Shown here: piece by piece, positions 39,801 through 53,666 of the stretch
Position numbering within the stretch: the stretch's first letter is position 1
Layout of the letters: every line of letters starts with the position of its first letter
NCBI GenBank assembly: GCA_964035545.1
Contig: OZ037766.1
Span: forward strand, 33,222,773 to 33,286,772
Source: Bugula neritina
Taxonomy: Eukaryota > Animalia > Bryozoa
Direction: 5' to 3'
DNA length: 64,000 bases
The notes under the pieces: generated by a model
What the model saw: only the letters and a program-made list of their open reading frames with translations
What the model was told of the DNA's origin: nothing
The model's database searches: none
Made by a program: the position numbers and the translations under genes

Positions 39801-42800
39801 CTACATCCTGGTCATGGTGTTCAACTCTAAGATTATGTTGCTGCTCGGCAAGTGCAGGTGAACAGAATGTAAAGACGGAATAAAAAGGAAATTTTAGGAT
39901 ATTTATTGCAAATGGTTATAAGAACTATTTATTTCTATATAAACTACAATAACCACTATTATATCAGGTACAAGCTGAAGAGTCTTCTCTATTGTTTTGC
40001 AGTAAGTCGACAGTAGAAGCATCTGGCGAGATTGAAAGAGGCAGAACAACCGACGGCCATGTTGCAAAACCATCAGATATGAGTCATTTACCTCAGCCGG
40101 TTTCTCTCAACCTCAGACGACTCTCGGTAATAATAAGTCCTAAAGCTATACATATAATCTAAGGCTAGACATATTAAAGGTACTTACTACTTACTATACA
40201 CATGTCATACATACATACTACTTACTATACACATGTCATACATACATACTATACTTACTATACACATGTCGTACATACTACTTACTATACACATGTCATA
40301 CATACTACTTACTATACACATGTCGTACATACATACTACTTACTCTACACATGTCCTACATACATACTACTTACTATACACATGTCGTACATACTACTTA
40401 CTATACACATGTCGTACATACATACTACTTACTCTACACATGTCCTACATACATACTACTTACTATACACATGTTGTACATACATACTATACTTACTATA
40501 CACATGTCATACATACTACTTACTATACACATGCCGTACATACAACTAACACACTGCAAGGACTTGTGTACTCAGTTTCAGAAGTCCTCCTTCAGTGGAG
40601 GTCACGCCAGGAGACTCAGCATCCACCACCAGCTACAGAATCAGAGACGGAGCAGCAGTTTGAAAAGTACGGCAGAGTCTGTCAAGAGGAACTCCGTGCA
40701 GGTATATTCTACTATAACTAAGCATCATATGCCCAGGTAAAACTTACTACAGCCAAGTACCGTGTGCAGGTAAACCTTACTGTACCTTATAGGTAAGTTG
40801 CGACACTATGAAGTAAGTTATATGTGTACGTTGTGTATGTATGTAGTTATATTTCTCTAACTGTTACAGCTCGCTAAGAATAGTGATGGAATACCTAATG
40901 AAGTTGCACCACCTACACAACCCGGTAACTCTTCTACAACTACTTGAAGAACATGTCTATTTATTAGGACTACATATTAGCTTATCACTTTGATGTTATA
41001 TAAATCTTAGCTTTCCTGTCTGAATGTTGCATTATCGATTTTATTCTGACATTGGCGGCCATACAGCATTCTACCATAGTATAGCATACAGCATTCTACC
41101 ATAGTATAGCATGCAGCATTCTACCATAGTATAGCATGCAGCATTCTACCATAGTATAGCATGCAGCATTCTACCATAGTATAGCATGCAGCATTCTACC
41201 ATAGTATAGCATGCAGCATTCTACCATAGTATAGCATGCAGCATTCTACCATAGTATAGCATGCAGCATTTTACAACCGTATAGGTTATTCTAACTAAAG
41301 TAATATTATTTTAACTAGAGTAATATTATTCTAACTAAGGTAGGTAGCAAAAATAAACTGTTTAACTAGTTATAATAAAAAATATTATCCAGAAACAAAA
41401 AGTACGGAGGAGATAACTAATAAATCACAAAATGTTTCCCAACCGCGTCATGAGAGCATCTCAACAGCAGCTGGTGAAAAGGTAATAAGGCAGAACTCTT
41501 TTACTCATATCCAATAAAACTGAAAGTTGAAACAACTTGTCATGCACTATGATATGCTTTTTTTGTAAACAATCAAAGTATTATACGAACGTATGGCTCA
41601 AACTAACACTTTAGTAGATACTATAACAACATATAGAAAACATACTAATTAGCTCTAGCCGACAGTGTCACCACTTCATTCAAGACTATACTGAGTAGCT
41701 CTAGCCGACAGTGTCACCACTTCATTCAGGACTATACTGAGTAGCTCTAGCTCACAGTGTCACCACTTCATTCAGGACTATACTGAGTTATATTGTAGTC
41801 ATCCCACGTATCCACTAGTCACCCAGGCGATGTCGAAGACGCTGATGAGATCGTAATCTGCAAGGCAGCATGCTGTCCCAGAATTAAATCTACTCCACCA
41901 GTTTGTTCTGAGGAGCTAGGCTGTTGGTCGCAGTTCATTTTTATACTCAAATGGATTCTGTACATCATAGCCTTTCCTTACTACTTCCTCTGTACATTCA
42001 CTATTCCGGATTGTTCCAAGGAGCACAACAAGTTAGTGGGTGAACTCAATATCAATACATATAGCTTGTTATTCCTGGATGAAAGAGCAAGTTACTGAGG
42101 TTACAAAACTTATGATGAGCAGTACTAGGTTTCATTCTCATTGATTGATATCACTATAATCTTTACCTGCGTCACCCATATCATCATAGCATTTACCTGC
42201 TAGCTTGATATCACTATATAACACTCACCTGCTAGGCACTTTAAGTAACATATTGCACTTCATTTTGAACCATCGTATGTTTTAGAAAATGGTATTTACT
42301 GACGTTTCTCATGTCAATTGTGTGGATTTTGGCTCTCAGCTTTGCCATGGTGACTTTAGTAACCAGGGCTGGTTGCATCATCAACATTGACGAGTTTGTA
42401 ATGGGACTGATAATAGTAGCCATTGGTACGAGTGTCCCCGTGAGTACCGTTCATTCTGTGGCATCTTCAGTATCTATCTCAAGTACTCTGTAACATCTCA
42501 AGTACTCTGTAACATCTCAAGTACTTTGTAACATCTCAAGTACTCTGTAACATCTCAAGTACTCTGTAGCATCTCAAGTACTCTGTAACATCTCAAGTAC
42601 TCTGTAACAACTCAAGTACTCTGTAGCATCTCAAGTACTCTGTAACAACGCAAGTACTCTGTAACATCTCAAGTACTCTGTAACATCTCAAGTACTCTGT
42701 AACATCTCAAGTACTTTGTAACATCTCAAGTACTCTGTAACATCTCAAGTACTCTGTAGCATCTCAAGTACTCTGTAACATCTCAAGTACTCTGTAACAT

Positions 42801-44470
42801 CTCAAATACTCTGTAACATCTCAAGTACTCTGTAACATCTCAAGTACTCTGTAACATCTCAAGTACTCTGTAACATCTCAAGTACTTTGTAACATCTCAA
42901 GTACTCTGTAACATCTCAAGTACTCTGTAGCATCTCAAGTACTCTGTAACATCTCAAGTACTCTGTAACAACTCAAGTACTCTGTAGCATCTCAAGTACT
43001 CTGTAACAACGCAAGTACTCTGTAACATCTCAAGTACTCTGTAACATCTCAAGTACTCTGTAACATCTCAAGTACTTTGTAACATCTCAAGTACTCTGTA
43101 ACATCTCAAGTACTCTGTAGCATCTCAAGTACTCTGTAACATCTCAAGTACTCTGTAACATCTCAAATACTCTGTAACATCTCAAGTACTCTGTAACATC
43201 TCAAGTACTCTGTAACATCTCAAGTACTCTGTAACATCTCAAGTACTCTGTAACACCTCAAGTACTCTGTAACATGTTTATAGTTGGAGGAAGTTTTAGT
43301 TATAACTAGTTAATTCACATGTTGAGTTTTTCTACTTTGCAAATATAAGAATTGTATTTATTATTAGACATTTTATTCAATTATGTATAAATACTTTAAT
43401 TGTTTCCACACTGTTGCAATATACTTTAGAATATTTATTTCTATAGAATAATAAGACATATACTTTGCATTACAGGATTGCCTAAGCTCCATTTTAGTAG
43501 CACGAGATGGGTTTGGGGACATGGCTGTATCAAACGCAATTGGAAGCAACGTGTTTGACATTGACCTAGGTCTAGGTTTACCATTCTTGCTTACAGTTCT
43601 TATCCAGAAAGGACGCCCAGTTTCTCTCCTTGATGATTCAGAAATTGTAAGTAGAATTATATAATATAATATAACATAATATAATATAGCATAATATGAT
43701 ATAATATAACATAATATAATATAGCATAATATAATATAATGTTAAAATATAGTATAATATAAGATAATGTTAAAATATAGTATAATGTTATAATGTAATA
43801 CAACACAACATAATGTAATATAATATAGTGTGATATAGTACAAGATAATATAATATTATGCTATATAATATAACATTATATAATATAATATAATAAAATA
43901 AAACACAGCATAATATAATATAGTATAATATTATAAGATATTATAATATAATGCTGTATTATGTTATATTATATAATATAGTATAATATAAGGAAATATA
44001 ATATAATATAAAAGAGATATCATAATGCAACAAAACATAATATAATTCATAATAATATAATACAATAAAATATAACACAATATAGTAAAATATAATACAA
44101 TATATTATACTATAATATATATTGTGAAATAAATTATAATATAATGATATAGTTTATATATAAGGTTCTCTTTTATTTACTACTTTGTTTCTTTAAGGGT
44201 TTAAAAAACAATTGCTTCAACACTATCAATGAAAGTTGAAATGTAATGGGACTGTTGCAGGCTTTAAAGGAAGCTGGACTATTTCCCATAATCCCCCACG
44301 TCAAGTTTGCTCTAGTGCTACTCGGACTTCTGCTGATAATATCTCTATTCTTCATCCTCTCCAAGTTCAGACTGAACAAGTTCATCAGCATATCATTTGT
44401 CATCCTCTACATATTGTTCATAACTTATGCGTTAGTTCAGCAAATTGTCTGTCGTAAATATCTTTGCTAG
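33860..44470 (+). CDS. SLC24A: K+-dependent Na+/Ca2+ exchanger (NCKX, SLC24 family), multi-exon (e.g. 34153-34330, 37381-37566, 37963-38146, 38836-38893, 39664-39857, ~42287-42440, ~43475-43647, 44261-44470)
   Basis: Alpha-1 repeat [39 protein letters not shown]; LDWRPLVRD; alpha-2 repeat [24 protein letters not shown], which keeps the Asp associated with K+ dependence. Start taken as ATG|gtaaga at 33860. Confidence 0.92.
35850..36155. repeat. 30-bp GC-richer minisatellite
   Basis: GTGACACCAGTGACATGTTGGTGCAGGTGT. Confidence 0.92.
37577..37840. repeat. 21-bp array just after an NCKX donor
   Basis: GTGAGTTTCTGCATATACTAC. Confidence 0.93.
38183..38790. repeat. 30-bp array
   Basis: GTGAGTGTACTACAACCTTCATGTAGATAT, ~20 copies. 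Confidence 0.95.
40183..40545. repeat. ~25-30-bp degenerate array
   Basis: CATACTACTTACTATACACATGTCGTA. Confidence 0.9.
41060..41272. repeat. 25-bp array
   Basis: CATGCAGCATTCTACCATAGTATAG. Confidence 0.93.
42476..43275. repeat. 19-bp array with a 361-bp internal duplication
   Basis: CATCTCAAGTACTCTGTAA; variant AACAACGCAAG recurs at ~42644 and ~43005. Confidence 0.93.
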
Positions 44471-44712
44471 AGAACAACTTTTCCAGCAATTGGTTATTTT
44501 TTATGGATACTAAATTTGTACGAGTATTTAAGTCAATATAAACTGTCAATAATAATAATACACAGCTATGGCTCTATCTTATCATATAAATTTATTGTCG
44601 GTAAGTACTAATTATTCTCCCTTTTTCTAATTGAACAATAAAATTATAATGAACCCTTATAGTACCACTATTTATAAGAACTGAGTTAGTATTTGTTTTG
44701 TCCCATCAGCTT

Positions 44713-47700
44713 TTAGAATACACATCAATATACATACTAGTTGTAGAATATACATCAATATACACACTAGTTGTAGAATATACATCAATATACATACTAG
44801 TTGTAGAATATACATCAATATACACACTAGTTGTAGAATATACATCAATATACATACTAGTTGTAGAATATACATCAATATACACACTAGTTGTAGAATA
44901 TACATCAATATACATACTAGTTGTAGAATATACATCAATATACACACTAGTTGTAGAATATACATTAATATACACACTAGTTGTAGAATATACATCAATA
45001 TACACACTAGTTGTATAATATACATCAATATACATACTAGTTGTAGAATATACATCAATATACACACTAGTTGTAGAATATACATTAATATACATACTAG
45101 TTGTATAATACACATCAATATACACACTAGTTGTAGAATATACATCAATATACATACTAGCTGTAGAATATACATTAATATACACACTAGTTGTAGAATA
45201 CACATCAATATACACACTAGTTGTAGAATATACATTAATATACACACTAGTTGTAGAATATACATCAATATACACACTAGTTGTAGAATATACATCAATA
45301 TACACACTAGTTGTAGAATATACATCAATATACATACTAGTTGTAGAGTACACATCAATATACACACTAGTTGTAGAATAAACATCAATATACACACTAG
45401 TTGTAGAATATACATTAATATACACACTAGTTGTAGAATATACATTAATATACACACTAGTTGTAGAATATACATCAATATACATACTAGTTGTAGAATA
45501 TACATCAATATACATACTAGTTGTAGAATTTACATCAATATACACACTAGTTGTAGAATATACAATAATATACACACTAGTTGTAGAATATACATTAATA
45601 TACACACTAGTTGTAGAATATACATTAATATACACACTAGTTGTAGAATATACATCAATATACACACTAGTTGTAGAATATACATCAATATACATACTAT
45701 ATAGTTGTAGAATACACATCAATATACACACTAGTTGTAGAATATACATCAATATACACACTAGTTGTAGAATATACATCAATATACATACTAGTTGTAG
45801 AATATACATCAATATACACACTAGTTGTAGAATATACATCAATATACATACTATATAGTTGTAGAATACACATCAATATACACACTAGTTGTAGAATATA
45901 CATCAATATACATACTAGTTGTAGAATACACATCAATATACATACTAGTTGTAGAATATACATCAATATACACACTAGTTGTAGAATATACATCAATATA
46001 CATACTATATAGTTGTAGAATACACATCAATATACACACTAGTTGTAGAATATACATCAATATACACACTAGTTGTAGAATATACATCAATATACATACT
46101 ATATAGTTGTAGAATACACATCAATATACACACTAGTTGTAGAATACACATCAATATACATACTAGTTGTAGAATATACATCAATATACACACTAGTTGT
46201 AGAATATACATCAATATACATACTATATAGTTGTAGAATACACATCAATATACATACTAGTTGTAGAATATGCATCAATATACATACTAGTTGTAGAATA
46301 TGCATCAATATACATACTAGTTGTAGAATATACATCAATATACACACTAGTTGTAGAATATACATCAATATACATACTATATAGTTGTAGAATACACATC
46401 AATATACATACTAGTTGTAGAATATGCATCAATATACATACTAGTTGTAGAATATGCATCAATATACATACTAGTTGTAGAATATACATCAATATACACA
46501 CTAGTTGTAGAATATACATCAATATACATACTATATAGTTGTAGAATACACATCAATATACATACTAGTTGTAGAATACACATCAATATACACACTAGTT
46601 GTAGAATATACATCAATATACATACTAGTTGTAGAATATACATCAATATACATACTAGTTGTAGAATATACATCAATATACACACTAGTTGTAGAATATA
46701 CATCAATATACACACTAGTTGTAGAATATACATCAATATACACACTAGTTGTAGAATATACATCAATATACATACTAGTTGTATAATATACATCAATATA
46801 CACACTAGTTGTAGAATATGCATCAATATACACACTAGTTGTATATTATACATCAATATACATACTAGTTGTAGAATATACATCAATATACATACTAGTT
46901 GTAGAATATACATCAATATACACACTAGTTGTAGAATATACATTAATATACACACTAGTTGTAGAATACACATCAATATACATACTAGTTGTAGAATATA
47001 CATCAATATACATACTAGTTGTAGAATATACATCAATATACATACTAGTTGTAGAATATACATCAATATACATACTAGTTGTAGAATATACATCAATATA
47101 CATACTAGTTGTAGAATATACATCAATATACACACTAGTTGTAGAATATACATCAATATACACACTAGTTGTAGAATATACATCAATATACACACTAGTT
47201 GTAGAATATACATCAATATACATACTAGTTGTATAATATACATCAATATACACACTAGTTGTAGAATATGCATCAATATACACACTAGTTGTATATTATA
47301 CATCAATATACATACTAGTTGTAGAATATACATCAATATACATACTAGTTGTAGAATACACATCAATATACACACTAGTTGTAGAATATACATCAATATA
47401 CACACTAGTTGTAGAATATACATCAATATACATACTATATAGTTGTAGAATATACATTAATATACACACTAGTTGTAGAATATACATTAATATACATACT
47501 AGTTGTAGAATATACATTAATATACATACTAGTTGTAGAATACACATTAATATACATACTAGTTGTAGAATATACATCAATATACACACTAGTTGTAGAA
47601 TATACATCAATATACACACTAGTTGTAGAATATACATCAATATACACACTAGTTGTAGAATATACATCAATATACATACTAATTGTAGAATATACATCAA

Positions 47701-47800
47701 TATACACACTAGTTGTAGAACACACATCAATATACACACTAGTTGTAGAATATACATCAATATACATACTAGTTGTAGAATATACATCAATATACACGCT
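44713..47800. repeat. 30-bp intergenic satellite (~100 copies) with higher-order structure
   Basis: TAGTTGTAGAATATACATCAATATACA(C/T)AC plus 34-bp variants. Confidence 0.96.
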
Positions 47801-48032
47801 AGGCTTTTATATATGAAGTGCATGTTGAGCCCTAAAGTTATCCTACACAGAGCATGTACCATGAGTTAAGTTGATTGTCAGTAGTTTGCTATCAGTTTGA
47901 CTGCATGAGTCAACAACTGCTTGTTGAATTATTAGACAGGCTACTATAGATTATGATAAATAAAAGTTGATTTAACTAGAGAGATTTGACCTTATGACCT
48001 TATGACCTGCTGGACTGATTCAAAGCAGGTAA

Positions 48033-48814
48033 AATCACCGGCTTTCCATGTACCGATCTCAGATCGATCTCAGCGAGATCGATCCATGGAAAGACGCCAA
48101 AGATCGATCTCCGTCGATCTGAGCTGGTCTGTCTGTGGAGCTCGAACTCAGATCGATCTCATGTCAATAAGACCATGGAAAGACGCCAGATCGATCTGAG
48201 AAGTAGAAAAAGACTGCTCGCTACAATGTTGTCTGCTAATAAAAATGAAAACTTATTGATAATTACTAAGCAAAGTATTAAATAATTATGATAGCCACCT
48301 TTTCAGATGCCAAAACTTTGACTTTCAGTACAATGGTTAAGAAAACTCAATTATATGCAGTAGAAGATGAAAAGATGGGAGAATTTAAATTGAATTTAAA
48401 TGACTATTAAAACTTAGTTTCATTAGCTATTTTCTTTGTAATTTTAAGCCTAACAGTCCTGTAAGTTTATTAATAATCTGCAAGACAGCCATTAATTTTA
48501 TATAAGCTGTCAAGCTAAAAAATTATCATTAATTATTTTAAATTGGCCAAATTACTATACACTGAAAGCTTTGCTGCGTATAGTTTATAGCTGAGATTAA
48601 ATTTTAGACTACAACCATCTTGTTTTCAACAGTAGAAGCTTTAATCACTCAAATAGGTGAACAAATTATACTTTTAAAGTATCCTTCACTTAAGAGGGGG
48701 CAACTTCGCGAGATCGATCTGACACTCTCATGGAAAAACGATCGATCTGAGCACATGTTTCAGATCGATCTCAGCGAGATCGATCTGAGATCGGTACATG
48801 GAAAGCCTGTGATT
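48033..48814. mobile_element. Non-autonomous DNA transposon (MITE), ~780 bp, ~39-bp TIRs with AGATCGATCT subterminal palindromes
   Basis: Left AATCACCGGCTTTCCATGTACCGATCTCAGATCGATCTC versus right reverse complement AATCACAGGCTTTCCATGTACCGATCTCAGATCGATCTC. AT-rich non-coding core. No clear TSD. Confidence 0.85.
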
Positions 48815-49480
48815 GTCTGTCCAAAGATTATAAATAATTAAGCTTTAACTTGGTATTGAAAATTTTTCTCCTGATGAGGCCCCCTCCCCTGCCGGCTGAC
48901 AAAAGCTAATATGTATATAAAATGTTTCATTTATTCGAGAAAATGTTTATTAAATATATATGTATATATAAAACATATTACATATATTATATGTAGATAT
49001 AAAAACATATTGATGAACTAGACATTTGGGAAAACAAATTGTCAATAACACTTAAGCAACTTTATTGCGAGAAAGAAGGATAACAAAACTGGTCACCCTG
49101 ATGCTTTGTATAAAGTAACAGTTTCACTGATAATGCTAATTCTATGTATAACATGTAGCATGATTATGAGAACAGCTGTTGTAGGATATCTAACTGATTG
49201 TGAGTGGGTCTGGTGGGTAGGGGTTAGTATTTAGTAGATAGTAGTTAGTGTGTACTACATATAGCAGTTTGTATTAAGTGTGTATTAGTTATTGCTTGTG
49301 TAGTTATAGTAGTTAGTAGTGAATGGCATTGATATTAATGGCCAGAGCTGCATGTCTAACAAAACAAATATTAATACTATAATAATATTATATTCAAAAT
49401 ATAGCCCAAAGAATTTTCTTTTCCCAGGTATGAAATACTAGAGCCGCATCTAGCCACAGAGGTCATTGGCAGAATTGTAT

Positions 49481-52400
49481 CTAGCTACAGAGGTCATTGG
49501 CAGAGTTGTATCTCAGTGTTTTATCAGCACATATAGAGAACAGTAGAAAGTGTATTCTCTCTCCTCTGGTATTTGGTCTAGCTTCAACAGTCCTGGAAGA
49601 TGTACACAGTAAATGCTATAGCAAACTAAACTATATAGAAACAGTGACAACTGAAATCTAATATTATCATTCTTGCAGAATTGCATTACTTTATTTTTGC
49701 TCTCGGAGTAAATGTGAAATCAACATTTTTCAACTTCGTGTATTTTACTATAAAATTATTAGCTGTTCGACCAAACTATAGAGAAAAACACTACCTGTGT
49801 AACTTCATAAAAGAACACTTTAGGAAACAGGCAACTCACCTATTTCTGGGTGCCTGAAACTTAACATTTGAGTATTCTGTCTCGTGACCAACCAGTCTCT
49901 CTCTCAGTTCATCTCTTAGTTTATCAGGAACTTCCTTAGTGACTACAGAGAAGGTCTTGTCAGTTGGCCAATAGACTGTCAGCTCATTATTCTTACACGT
50001 ATACCAAGTTTCTATCTCAGAAGACATGTTGCAGTCTAAATAAAATTAGTAAATATTCTATTTTAAATGCTGATGAAATTATTTTTCTCAATTTACCAAT
50101 AATGATAAAATAACAATAAACTTACCATGAGCACAGATTGTTTGAAGGTGTCTCTTTTGCCGAGATATGGAAGGTATCAGAGACTCTCTGTTGTATGCAT
50201 TCTTTACAAGCTGACAAGAAACATCATATCTACTCACAAACATCAGTCTCCTTACTATCGGTGATTCTGTGTGTAAATATAAATAATTATCAAAATAGTA
50301 CCTTCATTAAAACCTGCATTAAAAAACTAGGGTTTTTTATCCTAAAAGTCAAGTTTTTAGCAGCTGAATCAGCTTTTATTTGTTACAACTTTGTTGAAAA
50401 TATCAAATGTTTGAGTGAAGGAAAAATATTAAATTTACTCATTTCACCAGTCATCAAAAACACGTTAATACTTGTTACTAACTAGTTTGTCATCACTAAC
50501 TAAGCACTCACTCAACACAGTAATGTAATAACTCACTCAACACTATGATGTAATAACTCACTCAACACAGTTATGTAATAACTCACTCAACACAGTGATG
50601 TAATAACTCACTCAACACAGTTATGTAATAGAAAGACTTATCAGGGTAACTATTATATTCTCTAGAGAACTTGTAACTTCCTTCCTGGAAATATCCTGTG
50701 TAGGAACTTCCTGGTAACTTGTATTTAGCTGTGTTCTCTCCAGGATTCAAATAGACAGTCAAGTTGTGATCACAATAAAATGGCAGACGAATACCTACAA
50801 CAGCAGGAAACTAACTTATACTTTATGTTAGAACAGCTCGTGTTGTTAGGAATATAATGTGGCAGCAATAGAATTGGTTGACATTCATAGCTTGGTGACC
50901 ATAAAAATAAAAAAACATGGAAATCAACAATCGAGGCTGATCCTAAACTATTGAGTCGTTAATGGACTCTATGCCGTAAGTGTAAACCATGATAATAACA
51001 GATTATGTTTGTTGAATTGATTAACATATTACACCTAAAGTCTCTAGTAGAAACATTATGATTAGTAATATCTCTGGTGAAACCCATGAAATCAAAAACC
51101 TTTTCAGCTGAATAAATTTGGCATCTCTTGGAAATCTTGGTTTTATTTTGTTTTTCCAAGTAATATGAATATAGAGATGTAGATTTCATATTGATCCTAG
51201 CTCCACAAAACATGATATGTTTTCGCTGATTTGTAATTAAGGCTCCTATTGAAGTAAAAAGTGTATTTCATCTTTATAATTAGTCTATACAAGAACTGAT
51301 TTTTTTACAAATACCCATTTAAGCTAGTAGGCTAAGATATACTACTTGATACTTGTAGTTGTATACATGTATACCAGACTATACGCTGCCTGGTATTATT
51401 ATAATCTACATACATTCTTATAGAGTTGAAAAATTTGATTAAAGTCATTATACCAGCTAATTTATCTCAGATAAAACTCATCAGGTCACTTGTATGTGGT
51501 AGTGGAATTACTTATAACTGCACATATTCTCTTTTAGTCTTCACAGACTATGCTATAGCCACTTGAAAAACAGTATGCTATAGAAATTGGATTTAATAAA
51601 TGCTTTATTGAGTCTAGTGACATGAGCTCTAATCAAATTATTAGAAATCAACACTACATGACTAAGTTCACAGTTGTAAGTGTCTTGGCTAAGAAATCAT
51701 CATGACAATTACAAGAAATAGGGTAGAGTTTTACTGGCATTGTTTCTAATGGCATACACAGAGTAGCTTACCATCAGTTTGAGAGATAATTATAGAAATT
51801 ATATGACATGTTCAAACAGGTGTGTATTGATTGGTACACATATATTATAATATAAGACTCACCACTCAACTTGTAGATGCTACTCCACATACCAACATAC
51901 ACATCCTCTCCTACTTTCAGTATAGACCATGGCATGTCTGGTAATTGAGAGCTGTTTGTACAGGAAGTCTCTTCATCAAAACACACAGGACCTACTTGTT
52001 TAATATTCAAATCTAATAGTCTGAGTACCTTATTATGATCAGCAACAAGATACATGTTGCACCCAACTCTTGTTATTCCTGTAGGAAACTTAAACCTGGA
52101 TGTATTGAAACTTCCATCAACATAACCAGAAGACAATGAACCTGCTAGTCTAATGTTTGTAACAGATCCGTCGTCACCCCAACTGACCTGAGATACATAA
52201 TTAGTATTAATCACCAGTAACTTGGTGTCAGCCCAAACTACATACTTAGGATATCTGAAACCTGAGTTAATAACAGTACTCAGTTCTCCTGTGTGAAGGT
52301 CTACAGATCTCAGTGCATGGTTATCTCCATCAGTAACTAACAACCTGTCTGGGTTTCTAACATCTCTTTCAACACTAAAAGGTCTATTTAGTTTACCAGT

Positions 52401-53666
52401 ACCTACTCCACCCTCAACATACCCTGCTCTACCACATGTCCCTGCTAAGGTACGTAAGCTGTTATCTGCTCTGTTTAACATCTTAATACAATGCTGGGAA
52501 TGAGCTGCTACAGCTACATGAGTTTTATTCACTTGTTTAAACCCTGTAATGGAACTTGTCTTAATAGTTGCTAGAGTTGTAGGAGTTGTCCCATCTGTAG
52601 TGTCAAGGTATTCCCAGCTACTAAACATTATGCTCCTATCATCTCTGTACAGGTCTAGCTCCATGTGGAGAATGACCCCTTCTTTTTTAAGGAATATTTC
52701 TGGTTTGTTGAATGAAACACTAAAACATAAACTTATGGAATATACATTACTATTATCGAGGTGAACTTCAATTTTTTAAAAAGTTTAGCAAATGGAAAAG
52801 TCCATATGGTTGTAAATTCAGCTCACCTAATGTACTAAGCTCACCGAATGTACTAAGCTCACCTAATGTACTAAGCTCACCTAATGTACTAAGCTCACCT
52901 AATGTACTAAGCTCACCTAATGTACTAAGCTCACCTAATGTACTAAGCTCACCTAATGTACTAAGCTCACCTAATGTACTAAGCTCACCTAATGTACTAA
53001 GCTCACCTAATGTACTAAGCTCAATAATGATGAGTAGTAATGCTCACTTGCAAATTTTGATTTAAAAAGTGCAATTGTAGCACGAACACAGAAAAGCAAG
53101 TAATTGTACAATCTTTACCAATATAGTTATGCATAAAAAAAACTGCAAAACTACAAAAAACATGCAGGAATTTTATCAAGATGATCATCATAAGATGAGC
53201 TAATACTCTGTTAGTATTACTTAAAGTATATAATCTCCCACCTGGGTTTGTAGTCAGTCTCACATTTTACAAGTTTAGGGATCAGCACTGCAGAAAACAT
53301 AAGCTAAAAATAGAAAGCATATTTTTTATGGCATCAACAAAGTTCTTAGCAAAAAGTTTTTCACTTGTCACATGGCTGTCTATACGTGTTTTCAATGTTT
53401 TATCTTCACATACTTGTTTAAAAAAAAGCTAAATTTAAAAAAATGTTCATTTGTTTTTTGCTAATAATATTTAAATAATAATACATCAATGTTACTAACA
53501 CATTAGTAAACTAATGCATTAGTAGCACTCACGCACACGCATATAAACTGCTAATAATATGTGTATAATATAATAATAAGTATTTACTAATATTATATAC
53601 TGCGGCTCACATAAAAATAATAGACTGAATGCAAATACTTACCAGAAGAACCAAGGAATGCTTCAT
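49481..53666 (-). CDS. Secreted NHL-repeat beta-propeller protein with HYR-like and unknown Cys-containing C-terminal region; exons include 52720-51863, ~50794-50612, ~50266-50126, ~50035-49840, ~49592-49481; 5' micro-exons only partly resolved
   Basis: NHL motifs LAGTCGRAGYVEG..LNRPFSV..LLVTDGDNHALRSVDL and AGSLSSGYVDGSFNTSRFKFPTGI..YLVADHNKVLRLLDL. Downstream exons splice in phase to ..ANDLCS*. Putative start MKHSLVLL|FICVC. Confidence 0.7.
52821..53022. repeat. 18-bp array; reads TTAG|GTGAGC on the gene strand
   Basis: GCTCACCTAATGTACTAA, ~11 copies. Confidence 0.93.

Noticed and set aside
43660-44150. Extremely AT-rich (ATATA)n tract
   Set aside because: Ordinary degenerate intronic microsatellite.
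51774-52664. Bacterial contamination or recent horizontal transfer of the NHL ORF
   Set aside because: It is flanked by canonical splice sites, joins in phase to downstream exons and has host-like composition.
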